Positions 61,794 to 64,000 of a stretch of 64,000 nt of DNA are shown here, piece after piece. Source of the DNA: an uncultured delta proteobacterium (GTDB lineage: Bacteria; Desulfobacterota; Desulfuromonadia; Desulfuromonadales; JACZKF01); contig CAWFKQ010000016.1 in assembly GCA_963816395.1 (NCBI GenBank), forward strand, positions 64,001 to 128,000. The letters are read 5' to 3'. The notes under the pieces are model-generated. The model did not search any database. It was not told where the DNA came from and was given only the letters and a program-made list of their open reading frames with translations. A program made the translations under genes and the position numbers. Numbering within the stretch: the first letter of the stretch is position 1; the number at the start of each line of letters is the position of its first letter.

Positions 61794-62699
61794 CTACTGT
61801 TCCTTGCCGAAGAGGCCTGCCGGCTTGACCAGCAGCACCAGAATCATCATGAAGAAAATCACTGTGTTGGCGGCCGGGGGATAGATCACCTTGGTCAGCC
61901 CCTCGACCATGCCGAGGGAAAGTCCGGTAAGGATGGAGCCCATGATCGACCCCATGCCGCCGATCACCACCACGGCAAAAACGGTGATGATCATCTCCGA
62001 ACCCATGATGGGGCTCACCGAATAGATCGGCGCCGCCACCACCCCGGCAAAGGCGGCCAGGGCCACCCCGTAGCCGTAGGTCAGGGTAATCATCAGCGGG
62101 ACGTTGATGCCGAAGGCCTGCACCAGGCGGGGATTTTCCGTCCCGGCGCGCAGATAGGCGCCGAGCCTGGTCCGCTCGATGACAAACCAGGTGCCGAAGC
62201 AGACGACGAGCGAGATGCCGATCGACCAGAGACGGTAGGTGGGAAACATCATGAACTTCAGATTCACCACTCCGTTGAGGACTTCCGGCTTGCCGTTGTA
62301 GGAAGTCCCCGAGACGTTGAAGTAGTTGGTGAACACCCCTTCGAGGATTAACGCCAGGCCGAAGGTGAGCAGCAGTCCATACAGGGGATCGACCTTGTAG
62401 AGGCGCTTGAGCATGCTCTTTTCGATGATGATCCCGAGCAGCCCGACCAGCAGCGGGGCGAGGATCAGGGCCGCCCAGTAGTTCAGGTGGAAACCGGGCA
62501 TGCCGAGCAGCGGGCCCAGTTTCGTATAGCCGAGCAGGGCGATGAAGGCGCCGAGCATGTAGAGGGCGCCGTGCGCGAAGTTGATGATGTTCAGCAAGCC
62601 GAAGATCACCGCCAGCCCCAGGCTGAGCAGGGCATAGAAGGCGCCGTTGTTCAGCCCGAGCATCAACTGCGCCATGATCATCTGAGAGGATAAATGCAT
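61794..62699 (-). CDS. livH: Branched-chain amino acid ABC permease
   Basis: GAFYALLSLGLAVIFG, INFAHG, LLLTFGL, VVVIGGMGS, KPAGLFG. Confidence 0.9.
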   Translation of the reverse strand: MHLSSQMIMAQLMLGLNNGAFYALLSLGLAVIFGLLNIINFAHGALYMLGAFIALLGYTKLGPLLGMPGFHLNYWAALILAPLLVGLLGIIIEKSMLKRLYKVDPLYGLLLTFGLALILEGVFTNYFNVSGTSYNGKPEVLNGVVNLKFMMFPTYRLWSIGISLVVCFGTWFVIERTRLGAYLRAGTENPRLVQAFGINVPLMITLTYGYGVALAAFAGVVAAPIYSVSPIMGSEMIITVFAVVVIGGMGSIMGSILTGLSLGMVEGLTKVIYPPAANTVIFFMMILVLLVKPAGLFGKEQ

Positions 62700-62763
62700 T
62701 GCGCCTCCCGGCCTGCGGCTGCTTGGCCGGGGCGAAGCAATCTTCGCCCCGGCGCCATCACAA

Positions 62764-62921
62764 TTGATGGCGTCGCAAAAACTCACCAACTGCTGCGTTG
62801 CTGCAATTGCTCTCGCTGCCTCGACGTACTTAAGTACGCCTCATTGCTCGACAATTGCGCGCCTTGCATTTGGCGCTTTTTGCTTAGCCATCCCCATTTT
62901 TGCTTTCTTGCGAAAGCATAA
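62764..62921. repeat. ~160-bp MITE/REP-like element with nested inverted repeats
   Basis: TTGATGGCGTCGCAAAAA pairs with both TTTTTGCTTAGCCATC and terminal TTCTTGCGAAAGCATAA; central palindrome CGTACTTAAGTACG. Confidence 0.75.
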
Positions 62922-62940
62922 CAAGTGGGTCTGGTATTCT

Positions 62941-64000
62941 TTATTTGCCTTTGACCAGGGAGCAGCTCCCCTCGGACATGGGCATGAACGCCTGGTCGCC
63001 CGGCACCTGCTTTGACGACCTTGAGCAGGTCCCATGGGCCCTTCGATTCGGAGGGCTTTTTCACTTCGACCAGGAACATGTCGTGGACCATGGTGCCGTC
63101 GGGGCGCAGGTGGCCGTTGACGGAGAAGAAGTCATCGATTTTCATCGCCCGGAAGGCCTTCATCACCGCATCGGGATTGTCGGTGCCGGCCGCTTTGATC
63201 GCCTTGAGGTAGTTCATGGTGGCGGAGTAAACGCCGGCCTGGTTCATGGTCGGCATGGCCCCGGTCTTGTCGAAGTAGCGTTTGGACCATTGCCGGGAAG
63301 CCGGGTCACGATCCCAGTAGAAGCTGGTGGCGAACTCCATTCCCTGGGCGACATCGAGTCCGAGGCTCTTTACGTCGCTGAGAAAAACCAGCATCCCGGC
63401 GATGGTCTGCCCCCCCTGGACGATGCCGAACTCCCGCGCCTGTTTGACGGCGTTGATGAAATCGCCGCCGGCATTGGCCAGGCCGATCACCTTGGCGCCC
63501 GAGGCCTGGGCCTGCAGCAGGTAGGAGGAAAAATCGGCGGTCGCCAGGGGATGCCGGACCTGGCCGAGGACCTGGCCGCCGTGCTTCTTGACGAAGTCAG
63601 CGGTATTCTCCTCCAGCGAATGGCCGAAGGCATAGTCGGCCGTGAGGAAATACCAGGTCTTGCCGCCGTGATCGATGATGGCACTGGCGGCGACTTTGGG
63701 CAGGGAATAGGTGTCGTAGACGTAGTGGATGCCGTAAGGGCTGCAGTCCTGGTTGGTCAGCGCGGTGCTGCCGGCCCCCGTCGCGATGGTGATCGTCTTC
63801 TTGTCGGTGCCGATCTTTTGCACCGCCAGGGCGCAGCCGGAATTGAGCAGTCCGATGATCATGTCCACATGCTCGTTGTCGGACCATTCCCGCGCTTTGG
63901 TCGAGGCGATGTCCGCCTTGTTCTGGTGGTCGGCGGAAATGACCTCGATCGGCTTGCCGAGGACCTTGCCGCCGAAATCCGCCACCGCCATTTTGGCCGC
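62941..64000 (-). CDS. livK: ABC substrate-binding protein (LivK-like), 5' end outside window, frameshift near 63011
   Basis: ADHQNKADIA, TADYAFGHSLE, DFSSYLLQAQASGA, FYWD; removing one A gives ..VVKQVPGDQAFMPMSEGSCSLVKGK-TAA. Confidence 0.87.

Overview
GC-rich bacterial chromosome segment; gene content and repeat style suggest Desulfuromonadales (inference). No rRNA, tRNA, CRISPR, integrase or transposase is visible. The left arm (1-16.5 kb) carries rluD-pgeF, a CMD-family gene, a PagL-like deacylase, an MdtA/B-type RND pump, an iron-sulfur flavoprotein and nitroreductase behind a terminator-containing leader, a Tat-signal DUF362 plus polyferredoxin membrane protein, a QueG-like Fe-S protein, a molybdopterin oxidoreductase and MscS. 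It ends in a glutathione S-transferase whose catalytic Cys codon is an in-frame TGA followed by a SECIS-like hairpin (probable selenoprotein, missed by the ORF track). A ~22 kb lower-GC island (~16.5-38.95 kb) encodes a probable anaerobic aromatic/2-oxoacid catabolic system: HcrCAB-like Mo enzyme, GAF sigma54 activator, ATP-dependent activase, a lone 2-hydroxyacyl-CoA dehydratase/BCR alpha-type subunit, ADP-forming acyl-CoA synthetase, CoA-transferase, IorAB, ACT protein, PanE-like reductase, Liv-type ABC importer, USP and MBL hydrolase. Its two operons have sigma54 promoters that share a three-half-site upstream motif. The right arm carries methyltransferases, rubrerythrin, HAD, aldo-keto reductase, a SatP-family gene, GT2, a two-component pair, an M15 peptidase, qNor, a CBS protein, a TRAP-USP-glcD-glcF lactate/glycolate locus with a FadR-family operator, a PAS sigma54-type regulator and a second Liv operon. 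About 13 backbone genes carry single-base frameshifts (most likely read errors); no island gene does. Several intergenic spacers hold 7/8/9-mer repeats, most arranged as hairpins.
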